A stretch of 64,000 nucleotides of DNA, taken from NCBI GenBank assembly GCA_009103225.1, contig RHPI01003020.1:143525-207524 (forward strand), in the 5' to 3' direction. The notes beneath the pieces were generated by a model. That model worked only from the letters and a program-made list of their open reading frames with translations, searched no databases and had not been told where the DNA came from. Shown here piece after piece: positions 50,020 to 64,000 of the stretch (its first letter is position 1; the number at the start of each line of letters is the position of its first letter). This DNA comes from Chlorokybus atmophyticus (lineage: Eukaryota > Plantae > Mesostigma and Chlorokybus algae). The translations under genes were made by a program, and so were the position numbers.

Positions 50020-50545
50020 TGTAACGGGAAGTTACATTAAATTACCACAAATCGACCATAAAAGCACCAAGTCTTTTGTGGTCGAGTGGGCTGTGACATT
50101 GGTATCGGAGCTTGAGACCCGGGTTCGATTCCTGCCTTGCACACGAATTCCGCGGTCGTTGTTTCTCGATCTAATAATCGTAAATGGTCACTTTATGAGT
50201 GCCATCATCGATGGGTCGCGACTTGCCTAATGGCAGTCGCGCCGAACTGACCAGTTCAGTCGGCGCGGCAGTGCGCGACCTGCCTGTCGCGATGCGACCT
50301 GTGGGGCCGGCAGCGGTGCGCTATGCGCGCGTTGACCGGTATGGGCCTAAAATTAGCCAGTCCTTGGCGTTGGGACCGGTGACCGACCCTAGCAAACCCC
50401 TGGGATGATTCCCCAGCTGAGCGTGAGCAGCTGCCGAGGACGTCAGCGTTCTTAAGTGGGGGGGAATGTAACGGGAAGGTACATTAAATTACCACAAATC
50501 GACCATAAAAGCACCAAGTCTTTTGTGGTCGAGTGGGCTGTGACA
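50020..50545 (+). mobile_element. TRIM, copy 2, 526 bp, very young
   Basis: 79-bp LTRs at 50020-50098 and 50467-50545 differ at one base. TSD ACTAC (50015-50019 and 50546-50550), PBS TGGTATCGGAGC at 50100-50111, PPT AAGTGGGGGGGAA at 50454-50466. Confidence 0.96.
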
Positions 50546-51787
50546 ACTACTGCTGCGCTTCTCCCTTTACCCCTGCTCGCCTTGCTACTATGCTTGCTAC
50601 TCTTTAAATCTTGACTGTCGCCTATGTGCATGTGTGCTTTAAGCCTGTTGGTTAAGCTTGCTAATTGCCACTATTGCCTACAACCCCGCCCCACTTGCAT
50701 TTGGAGCACATAGTGTTGCACGCGGTTGATTGCATAAATGTGGTCGTATCCTGTTTGCTAGCCTTGTGCTTGCTGTTTGTGAATGTTGTGTTACTGTCTT
50801 ATGCATATTCGTGACTCATACCTTACACAGGCAGGGCCTGCAGTGCAACGACGCTGTGTGCAAGCCGCAGCTGCCATTAACTACCGGTAGGCTCTTCTCC
50901 TTGTATTTATAAAGTTTGGAGAGCTTCTCCATGAAGCCCACTTCGCCACATGAAGCGACGACATAAATCTGCCCCGGATTCCATGAAGGGACGGACGCTG
51001 CTAGCCACAAAGCAGGCCAGTCCTAACCGCGAGTTTCACCTCACTGGGACCTCAGCCGTGGAATGCAGCCCCCACATCTTGGATTGTCATCACGCAGAAC
51101 ACAAAACGTACCATTTTCTGCTCGTTTCATGCACTCACCATGTAGCATGGTCCATTTCTGCATGAGATTGCATCAGAAGGTAGAGTTTCGGCCTTGATGT
51201 GGCCTCAGGATTCCGTTTGTTCGGCGCTCAAGTGTTGATGTGAAGCCGCCGCTGATGAAACGTGACATGTGTGACAGTGTGCGATCTGACCGCAGGAAAT
51301 GCCATAACATATTAATCGACGACCGAGGCTAGGTTACATATACCGTCGTCTGCCCGCAGTTTTAACCGTAAAGTCACGCGCGGTCACGCCCAAGTCCCGT
51401 CAATGCGTTACGCAAGCTAGCCGGTTACGCTGCAAGCTTCTGTCGACCGACGTTATGTTTTTGAAAAACACCTGTTAGGTAATAGACCGCGCGTCACGCA
51501 TGTGCTAAGCGTATCCATATAATGGCGAATCTCTGCCGGTTAAAGTCTTATTTCGGTTAGTTCTCCGTTTGGTGACGAGCCCAGTTGACCTGGCTGATAT
51601 GCAAAAATTGACTTAATGTCAGCCTGGCTATAGGCAATCTTGGTCAGACGGAGGCGGAGGCGGAGGCGGCGAGGTGAGCGGCGTCGGCCTCAGTGTCGTC
51701 GGGGTGAGGGTTGTCCGCTTGTAAGGCAGCCGTTGCAGCACAAGCTTGGGCAGGTCGGCGAGTTGAGTGGCGGAAAGCTCACTTGGC

Positions 51788-51841
51788 TAGGGTTTGCTCA
51801 CCGCCCCTGCGTGGAGTTTGACTCTGCCGAAATTAGGGTTT
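51788..51841 (-). promoter_or_regulatory. Two telo-boxes upstream of the TRPC4AP start codon
   Basis: TAGGGTTT at 51788-51795 and TTAGGGTTT at 51833-51841. Confidence 0.55.
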
Positions 51842-51911
51842 CTGGCCTGCGGCCCAGGAGGGCGGCGGCGGCAGCAGTAGCAGCAGGCTGCGAGCCTGTG
51901 TGCGCTGTGTA

Positions 51912-54900
51912 ATGTCAGCCGCCACCGCCGCCGCGGCCAGGGGCTCTTCATCCGTGCTGTCCGCTGTTCTAAGCGCGCAAGTCAGCGGGCGGGGGTGCAG
52001 GTCTCTGCGGGCTTTGCCTCGTGCCACATATGCACGCCTCAACAAGGAGTATCATGGCATGGCAGGTATGATGACTGCGATGGCGCGTGCCCTGCAAATT
52101 GTATGCTGAATTTATTTACACACTTTTGACAAGGACCCTTCACATGCATCGTGTCGTTGCAATCTGCGTAGCCAGATGCTTTGTGCATCATGCTGAAATC
52201 TTGACTGACAAGGTCCTCACTGCTGTGCTTTTGTGGTATGCACCGCACGGTGTGTTTTGCATGCTTGGGAATGCCGCACGTTGATTGGTTTGTTCAATCG
52301 CAGCATATGGACTATACCTCCAAGAGTGTTCTCGAGCTTACATGCACTTGAGGAACCTTGCAGTCACATTGCTTACAGAGATGTATGTCAGCAGTGATAT
52401 GGTGCTTATGGGCGCAGAACGTCATCGCACCATGCCATGCCCTCCAACATGGTTCCCAATGCCAGCATCTTCTTGTCTTACACTGCAGTTTGTTTTGTAC
52501 GCAGCATTGGTCTCGGAGTTGGAGGAGACCTTTTTGTTGAATGACTTGTCCACGTGCAAAGCCGTTTTGTCAAATGTGTCCCGCAAGACTTGCGAGCTTA
52601 CCAACGTCAGGCATGCCAGCAATAGAGAAGCCTTCGTCTTATTTGGTGGGCCTGAGTTGCTGCTTCGGATCGTGCGATCTTCGTTTTGTAGAAGAAACAA
52701 GATTTTCGATGAGGCGTTGCAGGTATGCAAGCGCAACCTTGGCTCAGTTACTACACGGGCACGCTTGCCCAATGTCATTGTCTGCGGCATTGCTGTGTGT
52801 TGGGTCACTGCAATCTGCTGCAAATTGTCAACATATGTGCATGCATTGGCATTGGTGACGTGTGTAGCGCTGTGTGTAGCCAGAAGCAGACACTTCAGTG
52901 TCCGTGACAACATGCATTGGGACTGAGTCGTCTCAGTAGCATGTGTTCTTTTGCAATATGCCAGGCTCACGCAGTTGGAGTTGCGCTGCCTTCGACTAGA
53001 ACTATGTTAGCATCTGACCTAGTTGTGGTTTCTGTTGCAGGTTGATGTCATGGTGGAGAACTTGTGGGCTGTTAGAAACGACTGCTTAGCCATCTTGCGA
53101 GAACTGTGCTTTACAACGCCATTCTTTTCCGAGAGTCTGTCATCCCATGGTGACTTTATTGTCCATTTATTCACTCTCATGCGCAATAAGCACACCTTTG
53201 ACAATGCTGTGGGCCTCGCTGAGGAGATTCTTGCTGTCCGAGAAGAGACCTTCAACTTATCGGATGTCGCCGGCTTTGCTGCTCTCATCCGCTCGTTCTC
53301 TTCGCGCCAGCTGGCGTTCTTTTGCCGCGTTCTCGCACTGGTTGTGTTTGAACCCGAGGATAGGTCGGGTGCCAGCGACTTTGCGATGCACAGGAGTTCG
53401 CAAAGTGATGCTGAAGCATCACAACCTAGCACTTCGGAGCCGTCTTCTGCACCTTCACCATTTGCACCACCGTCAACTTCGTCTTCCTCTTCGCGCACAG
53501 GCATTTGCAGAGGTGCAGATGCCAACCACTCCGTGTTGTTGCAAGTCCCGGAGCTCTTACCCCGTCTCGTGAAGCTGCTGCGCACGGCGCCCAGTGCGCA
53601 GGTGAGGCCTGTGCGCCTGTAAGACTATGTCCTGTTGGCGGCAAAGTGTTGCTGTGGTTTCAACTTTTTTCTGTTTGCTCAGTCATTGCTTGCGCAGGGC
53701 AATCATCTGTTATCTCATCTACCCATCACTCCGGAGATGCTACCGTTTTTGGTGAGCTTGCGTGATCGAGATGACTGGGAGGACAACATGGACGATGGAA
53801 CAGTGACTGAGGCGGCTGCCGGCAGCGATGGCACCGTTGATGTCGGGACCACCACTGAGCAGCGGCCGGTATTGTCTCTCAAAGCCTTGACGCTGGCCAC
53901 GCACCAAGTAGAGGTGCTGTTTGTGCTGTGCGCCCTGCTGGGAGGCAAATGTAAAGGCCAAGTCCAGGACGTCCTTGCCAAGCTTGGTCTCATTCCCGCC
54001 TTGAATAAGATGTTTGACCGCATGGACTGGGGTGTGGCGCCACCCCGCCCGCCCACTCCACATGGCATGCACGGCCCTGGCTGCGCTTGCAACCCGGAGT
54101 CCGCTCTCAAGATTCAATACCTGAGGTTGATACACAACTTCTGCGACAGGGATAGCAGCAACACCAACAACAAGCAGCTGCTCCTGTCGGAAGATGAAAG
54201 GCGTACGCGCCGGTCTCTACCCGAGGCCGGCGCACCGCTGTCTCCCTTCTTTGTCTCCTCCGATCCTGCAATAGCCTCTGCACAACCTACACCAGGACTC
54301 ATGACCAAGATACTTAAAGTGTTGATGAAGGAACCGGTTGACTCTGCATACCGCTTTTGGCTTGCGAGCTGCGTGGAAGCCTTCTTGAGAGGTTCGTCGC
54401 CAGATCACCAGGAGTTTGTTGCCTCCTCTGGTCTAATTGAACATCTTCTTGGAGAAATTTTGCGCTCTGGCTTTAAATGCGCAGCAGGCCTGCAAGTGGA
54501 CTTTGACTTGCTTGGAGAGCTTCTCAAGTGCAACTCTCAGATGTTTGGCGTGTTCAACGACATGCTTGAAGGCGAACGGTTCGACCGCTTTGTCGAAGTG
54601 ATTGTCACCCACCTGATCGATTCGAATGTGTTCCTGCGCTCCGTGGTGCTATCAATACATAATGAATGCTGCGCTGTGCAACATGATGAAGTGCAGCTAC
54701 AGCTGCATGGTTGGCCAGCTGGTCCAAGCAACCGGCATCAATTAGCAATGCATCAGCATCATGATGCGGCGCCTCAGTTGCTGTCACCCACCTCTCCAAC
54801 TTGCTTCAGTCCCGGAGGCAGGAGGCCTGCCGGCAGGCGCGCTGCTAACCTTGGCAAGATTGCAGAGTTTGTCGAGTCCAACTGCGTGAGGTTGCTGCGG

Positions 54901-55369
54901 GACCTGATGACGGCCATACACATCGGGGACGTGAATCAGGAGAACATCTGTGTGCTGAACACGGCGCTGATTTTCCTCATTTTTGCTGAGAGGCACGGCC
55001 AGCTGGCTCTTTACCTGCACGTGTTGAGGAGTTTGGACTCGGGAGGCTATGCCACCGGCAACTTCCGCGCACTTCTGGAGTTCTGGCAAACATACTACCA
55101 GACAAGGGGGCGTGATTGCGTGTCACTGGAGTTCTCATCAACGATATCCTTCTCAGAATGGTACGTTGCCTCAGGGTGTGCATGTTGATCTGGCTTGCTT
55201 CTCCAAAGTCACCAGATTCAGACGCTAACTGAGTTGTATTATGTGTCGCAGGCTGAGGGTGGTGTCTCTGTTGTTGGGGCCAGCTGATTCCCCCGTGTCA
55301 TTGTCTTATCTGGGCCCTACATCGCATCATTGCACGTACAGGGCCGATTTGCCGGTGAGGCGTTGCTAG
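51912..55369 (+). CDS. TRPC4AP: TRPC4AP/TRUSS-family protein (CRL4-DDB1 substrate receptor)
   Basis: HQVEVLFVLCALL, CNPESALKIQYLRLIHNFCD, YRFWLASCVEAFLRG, FDLLGELLK, LIDSNVFLRSVVLS, NQENICVLNTAL, RDCVSLEFSSTISFSEW|LRVVSLLL are hallmark motifs of the family. TAG at 55367-55369. Confidence 0.88.
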
Positions 55370-57415
55370 TGGGTTTAGGTAGATTGTGTTTGCTAGCGAT
55401 TAGTCTGTTGTGAGATAACAGGCTCCTCATTCATGCTTTATACAGGAGTCCCCGCGGCATGCACCTCGCTGCCGGGGCTCCTCCCCCCAAGTTGGGTTGC
55501 TGATTTAGGCAAGCTGGTTGTGGGATCCGGGTGTTGTGGGCTCTGTCATGGTAGTGGCATTGTCTTCGCTGCTATGTCACATTTGTCTGACTGGTTATAC
55601 AGTCGGAACTGTGTGCATACTGAAATAGTGTGCCCAGCATTTGCATTGAAACACCTTTACTGTCAGATGGTTGTTTATTCAGGCCTTGTAGTATTGAAGG
55701 GTTTGCGCACGGACAGCAAAGTTGTGTGTGCGTCGGCATCTTCGCGAAAGTCATTACTTCAATTTGTCAGTAGGTAGCCTCGCTTCCTCGCGACAATGCG
55801 GTCTTACGTTGTGGTGGGCCTGCAACAGATTGGTGAGTGTGATGTGACCGTGGACTTTGTTGTGTCTATCAGTCAGTTTGCTGTTGCATGCTTAAGTAGC
55901 GGGGTGCGGAAGACAAGAAGCCTATATACAATAGTGGTGTTCTTGAATTGTAACAACCTGGACATGGCTTACTCCGTGGTCAACAGTTATTGGTAGTCGA
56001 GAGGGGCTCGTTGGCTAGCGATGAGGTGAAATCGGCTCGTCGTAACGAGGCAATTGTGTAATGTACAAAAGATGTTATGCCTCATATGCTGCATGCAAGG
56101 GGTGTCATGCATCACCACACATACAGTGATATTCACCAACCAGACATAGCAAGCAAAGTCTCATATAATTCACCGCCGGGCTATACTATGTACACTACTA
56201 CCACACTACTCGCCTTCCCCATTAGTCATACAAGAATGCACGTGTCCCAGTCACCTGGACAATGGCGCAAAGTTAGCGGCCAGCCCTTGAACTCCAGCAA
56301 TCAGCAGGACTCCCTTCCCCTCCACACCGCCACCTCCGCCCACGCTGCACTCGCCTGCAATGCACTGCAATTGCTGCCGCCAGGCAGCATTGCTTACACG
56401 TTAGGGTTAGGGTTAGCTGACATGCACCACGTCAGCATGAACTCGCCTGTCATCGCTGTGTGTGCCACTTCCCTGACATTGGCAATGGGAGTTACTCCCC
56501 ATGTGCTTTCCACAACTCGTACGTGGTCTTTATCCTGCTCCCGCAGCTGGAGACCGTGCCTGTGCGGCGTGGTGCGCAGTTGAAGTTAAAAGACTACTTA
56601 TGCATGCGTGGTCAGTATACATAAGTCCGGAATGCACCAATGCAGCATGCACCAAGTGTCTTGCACACATTCATGTTGCAACCAAGCGTGACATGCACAC
56701 AAATACACGGTACCATACCCCTCATATACACACACACACTCTCACCTCACTCACATAGATGTTCTTTCGCACATGCGCATGCTATATATATGTACTACTG
56801 AGCAGCGACTACCATTGTTGTATGTACACATGGTTAGAAGGTGCAACTCCACCTCATAGGTAAGTGAGATTTACGTTCTTTTGTGCACTTCATGGTTGAG
56901 TTGAGCCATAGCTACCTGCTGCCAACCGCCTGCCCCATTGCCATTGCATTGCATAGCACATATCAGCATTTGGGGGTAGCGCGTAGGTGGCCTCGTGTGT
57001 AATAGTTTCTGCCTCTACTTGTTGTGCCTGCTCTGCTTGCCCTGCAATGCATTTCTGTCTATGCACGCATGTTTGCATGACATACCACGATCTGTACCTT
57101 ATACTTACAAATATGGTAGGTGAGGTGAGCACTGTGTCAGAAGCAGCGGGACTGCCCACGCAGACATTCGTTCGTGTGTACATACTGCATGCTGCATTTG
57201 CTGGCTTTGCAAGTGAGGTGTGGCTTGTGAGAAGGGTGACAACGCGTGTGTGGGTGGGTGGGTATGTGGGTTGGTGGGGGGGTGGGGGGCACATGCTAGT
57301 TGAGCGCGCTTGTCTTGGGCATATGCGGTTAGGCTGAGTGTGTGAAATTGCAAACCCTAGTGGCCTAGGCTAGCGCAGTTGTTCTCTCCCACACTGCCCT
57401 GCTGGGCTTCCTTGC

Positions 57416-58613
57416 ATGACAAACCGCTGTCATTCCGAACAGCAAGCGGCTCTTATCACAGCCGTTGAGGGCCATGCATATCTTGCTGGCTATGGTGGCG
57501 ATATAGCACGGCATAGCACGGCATTCAAGTATAGCACAGACCTAATGCACACCATTTACCCATATGCGCAAAAGCTGCAAGGGAAAATACGCTTATTTAA
57601 GTCAGCCTGCACTTGTATGCCATGGACATCTCCACCATGCCATCATCGTCAGGCTTGCAACCAACATACCCAACCACCGGACCCACTTGCTAATGACGCG
57701 GCACTCGCATGGCGTGACGTGTGGGTGTGCGTCTAGAGTTGTGTGTGATGTGTGTGGTTAGGCATGGTGGCAGCACTGACAGCCAACACTTGCATGTCAA
57801 ATGGTGATTAAGGAAGTTGTTCAACCACCCGGCTCAGGATCATCATGCTACGAACGCCAGCTCACTGCTAGCGCTAGCAGCAACCTACCTCCACCATCAG
57901 TCATGCACGCATGCCTGTTATACAGATCACTACCTGTACACACGCCAAGCCTGTCAGTTTTTCATCTCCCACAGGTTCACATGCGCACATGCAACCCAAC
58001 AAGACAGAACAGGACGCCCTCTCGCCGCCTCTCTCCATCCTCCTCCATCTCCGCCCCACATATTCTGCCTCTTCCTCCCGTACGTGCCTTACTAATTCTG
58101 CATAACTCATACCTTTTACAGCATGCAGCAATCCTCGTGCACTGCCAGCGTCAGCAGTGCATGCTGCGGTGCGGGCTGGTCCTTGTTGCTAAGTGTGTCG
58201 GCTGTTCGTCACGCACGGGTAAGCTGCATCACAGTAGAGCCAGACCACACTATCATGTACCAATGCACATGATGACCATGCTATGAACAGCGCTGATGTG
58301 GACATCAGCATGTCCACTTTGGGCACTACGCACGTTATGGGCAAAGCCCTCGTACAGTTCTGCACAGTGTTGTACAACGCTCGCCTTAGATCATTGGGTA
58401 ATGCACGCAGCGCTCTTTGACTTGTGCACAAAATTGCATCTTGGCAGTACCAAAAAAAGAGATGCTGGTGGTGCTGCTGCTGCTGATGCGATGCATAAAC
58501 TCTCACGAGAAGCTCCGTACTGTCGAACGTTGTCGGATCTTGTGCTGTGGCCCACACCATGTGGGGCCTACCAGTACACTGCACATCGCGCAAAATGGTA
58601 CACAAAAGAATGA
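57416..58613 (+). CDS. Possible orphan gene (exon-like ORFs downstream of a telo-box)
   Basis: ATG ORF MTNRCHSEQQAALITAVEGHAY... lies 57 bp after AAACCCTA (57352-57359). AG/GT-bounded segments occur near 57975 and 58120, and a terminal ORF ends at 58613. No family was recognised. Confidence 0.25.
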
Positions 58614-58722
58614 CACCTAGCAAGTAGAGAAGATGAGCAGCATGTTGCCTTCTTTACAAGGGCATCAGTCACACGTTTGGGTCCTGCCAGTACAGTTTCT
58701 CCCAGAAGTCCTTCCAACACTG

Positions 58723-61111
<2,389 letters not shown>

Positions 61112-61902
61112 GGCTGCCGGCAGCAGCCAGACGTGCAGCAAGCTTGCGCCTTGTTAAACCCTCATGACCAAGCAGCAGCCGACGCAAGCCTCACTTGCAG
61201 CCGTGCGCACAACTTGACAGCTGTGCCATCCACTTCACGACAACAACCAGAAGCAAGAAACGCAGCGCCTGCAACGAACAGTTCATCAGCAATCACAACT
61301 GCCATGCTGCTGCAGCATGGCGTTTTTCATCAAACAAGTAGCCCAACAAGCAGCATGCTGACTTGAAACAAGGCTCACCACCATGCCAATGCTGTCAATT
61401 GCTTTACCACACCAACACCACTTCCGGCCAATGTAATACACTTCAAGTGATGCCAGTGCTGTTAACCCAACAGAGAGCAGCTCAATCGACTACATGCGTG
61501 TGAATGGCAGCAGCACTCAGTTCAACTGCGTGTTCATCAACGAGCATACCTTGCCAAGAACAGCGCCCACCGCCCAAACCTAGCTTGAACCAACTGCGCT
61601 CACGCTCGCAATCAGTGTCAGTAAACGACCCCTGCCGCCCCCGACCGCCACACTCTGCGTTGGCACATAGCCGAAGTGACAACGACTAGGACGACTAAGA
61701 CCACAACGCCAACCACGCCGTGCGAGAAACGCCGAACACGCCAGTGCGCGTCAGCTTGACAGCTGGCCTCTTCTCTGCTTGCTGCTGTTTCCGCCGTGGA
61801 CACGGCACGCTACCGTGACACGACCGTGCCCCTTGCAATCTGTAGCGTAATGCAGTGTGTCCGAGCTAGTCATGGCTTGGAACACGCTACGTGTCCCAGG
61901 AG

Positions 61903-62060
61903 AAACCCTAACTACAAACGGCAGTGGGACGGCAAGTGGCAATAAGTATGTAGGAATGCGGACACTGCCGTTGAAAATGCCTACTTTCAAAGTTGTAGTA
62001 CTTTGGTTTGACGAGCGTTTAACGAATGCGGCTCACGTGCTGTTAAGGGAGAAACCCTAA
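61903..62060 (+). promoter_or_regulatory. Two telo-boxes in the NDR / HNH-like divergent promoter region
   Basis: AAACCCTAA at 61903-61911 and 62052-62060, the latter 30 bp before ATG 62090. Confidence 0.6.
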
Positions 62061-62089
62061 TTAAAACAGTTTGAAGACCGCCAGTGGCA

Positions 62090-63923
62090 ATGCGTGGCGG
62101 CGGCGGTGGTGTGGGTGAGGGTGGCGGCGATGATCTCGTCGTCAGGGTGGCGGGGGTGGCCGGGAGGATCGTTTCGCAGTGTGCGCCGCTGGTTGCACAT
62201 GCTTCCGTCGCCACCGCTGCTTTCGTGTCTACCCTGGGAGTCACACAGGTATGCATGGTTGCGTAACGTGAGCGGCGGAGCAAGCATTGATAAAAAGTCA
62301 TTCATGCTTAGTGAGCTGAGTCTGTAGCAATGCCGGCAATAGGTCACCGCTGGAGCTCTTAGGGTATCATGCGCAACGCCCGTCCTGGGAACCGCCTTCG
62401 GCATTGCTGGCGTCGCCGCCGCCTCCGTTGCAGCTGGACAGGTGCGATGCGACAACTCTTTGCTTGCGCAGCTGGTTGCTGGTTAACTTACTGCCTGCTG
62501 GCCTATTTCAGGCTTCTCATGCATTCGGGGAGTGGCGAGAGAGCAAGCATTGGCCTCAACTGCGTGCTTATACATTCAAGCTGACCGTGGAGCGGATGGC
62601 TACGGATGCTATGCTCGGCGTCGCTATGTTTGCGGTGAGAATGCTGAAAGCGCCATGAACTGCATTGTACGGCAACCATAAAGAATGCCAAAACGTTGTG
62701 CACGTAAGCATGCTTTGTGCTCAAGCTGACGCTTGCTCTATTAGGTGCTGGGATGCAAGTACTCATCCATCCTGCCAAGTGATCTGCGGTTTCCTGGCGC
62801 ACTAGCGCGTGTTTCAATTCCAGGTGAAGGATTGTCTTTGTAATGTGACTGGCTTTCACATTCTGAGTATTATAATATTGGAGTCTATATCGGAATACGC
62901 TTAGCAGATACCCGTCGGCTGACAATGGCACCTTTCATTAGTGCAGGAGGCAGAAGGCGTCACCTATGCTGATAAACTGCGACGAGGAGTCCTGAGGGTG
63001 TTGTTTGAGCAGTATGGCTGCCATCTTTGCGGCATTCGCACAGGCCAAGTGTAAGTGCTCAATGCACCCAAGCAGCAATTTCCTTGTGGAGTTGCTGAGG
63101 CTGTGCATGCATTGACTGCGTGGTTTCAGTGTGGCAGACCACATGCCGCCCAACCTGTTTGTATATGGGTCCAAGTCCGAACCCAAGCTGGTTCGCTCTG
63201 TACGGAGAGGGAACAAGTGGTTCGTGCAATGGCGCAAACCTGCATTGCAAAGGTCAGCAGCATGGATAGATTGGCTGTGATATAGATGTGTATGTCCGTC
63301 ACTGGTGTACCTCAACCAACTTCGCTGGCAGGTATTACCCAAGTTGCTTGAAGTGTTCTGGCATGCAGTCTGGTGCTGTCAAACTGAACATCCAGAAGCT
63401 CAGATTTCATACCTTTGGCCCCCAGGTGAGCAGTTTGCAAATCAAGCGTCGCTTATGACATTTACACAAATGCAATGGTTACTCGCAATCTTAGCTGAAC
63501 ATGTGTGTTTACTCTTAGCGGCGACTTGTCACCATTCCTGGAGTGCTGCTCGCTTTCCGTGACATTGGTAGCACGCGAAATGGCTCGGGCACATCAGAAC
63601 ATGACCGACCCGCCGACAAGCGCATCACCACACGTGTATCCGACATCACCAACACCATGCATCTACCGACTGTCCGTGCAGTGGACCGCCCGCTCTCTGG
63701 ACAGTATCATGCTTTGCGCGAGCAGTATGACATTTTGCAGCAACTGCGGGCCTCAGAGGTGCAGCTAAGAGAGGAACTCAGGCGCTGCGATGCAGATGAT
63801 GAGTTAGCGCGCGAGCTCAGTGCTGAGCTCGCAGTAGTTGTAGCTGAGAAAGGCAGAGTGAAGGCCAACATTAGCCAGTTAAGGAGACAGCACTCTGATG
63901 TTGGTCAGCCGACTGATCAGTAG
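62090..63923 (+). CDS. Membrane-anchored protein with an HNH/His-Me-finger-like Zn domain (CxxC...DHxPP...CxxC) and a C-terminal coiled coil
   Basis: Spliced product: hydrophobic N-terminal helices (...AAFVSTLGVTQ|VTAGAL...GTAFGIAGVAAASVAAGQ|...DAMLGVAMFA|VLG), SILPSDLRFPGALARVSIP|EGVTYA...YGCHLCG...VVADHMPPN...QR|YYPSCLKCSGMQ, then a heptad-rich tail. All junctions are GT-AG and in phase. Confidence 0.72.
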
Positions 63924-64000
63924 TGCTGGTCAGCGTAGATTTGGGCTGCCTGTTTGTGCTCTTTGCGCACACAACTGTCAGCTGTACAGATACAAACTAT

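Noticed and set aside
56401-56416. Interstitial telomere as evidence of a chromosome fusion
   Set aside because: Fewer than three TTAGGG units, too short to imply a fusion site.

Overview
Intron-rich eukaryotic nuclear DNA from a green-lineage organism, probably a flagellate-producing green alga and possibly an early-diverging streptophyte. That placement is inferred from the plant-type MYB-CC, SR45 and NDR genes, telo-box promoters and a centriolar FAM161 gene. About 11 multi-exon protein genes were reconstructed by hand from GT/GC-AG junctions: a DEG/ENaC(ASIC)-like channel running off the left edge, FAM161, an inverted pair of glycine-zipper membrane-protein paralogs, a PHR1/PHL-type MYB-CC factor, a PWWP protein, a glucan-phosphatase-like DSP, SR45, a divergent ubiquitin E1, TRPC4AP, an NDR kinase and a membrane-anchored HNH-like (CxxC-DH-CxxC) protein. 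There is one intact tRNA-Val(AAC), a decayed chromovirus (Ty3/gypsy) remnant and two full-length copies of a ~0.5-0.7 kb TRIM with 5-bp TSDs. In the TRIM, the 5' LTR end, PBS and leader together form a tRNA-spaced Pol III A-box/B-box. All protein identities come from motif recognition only; no database search was run.
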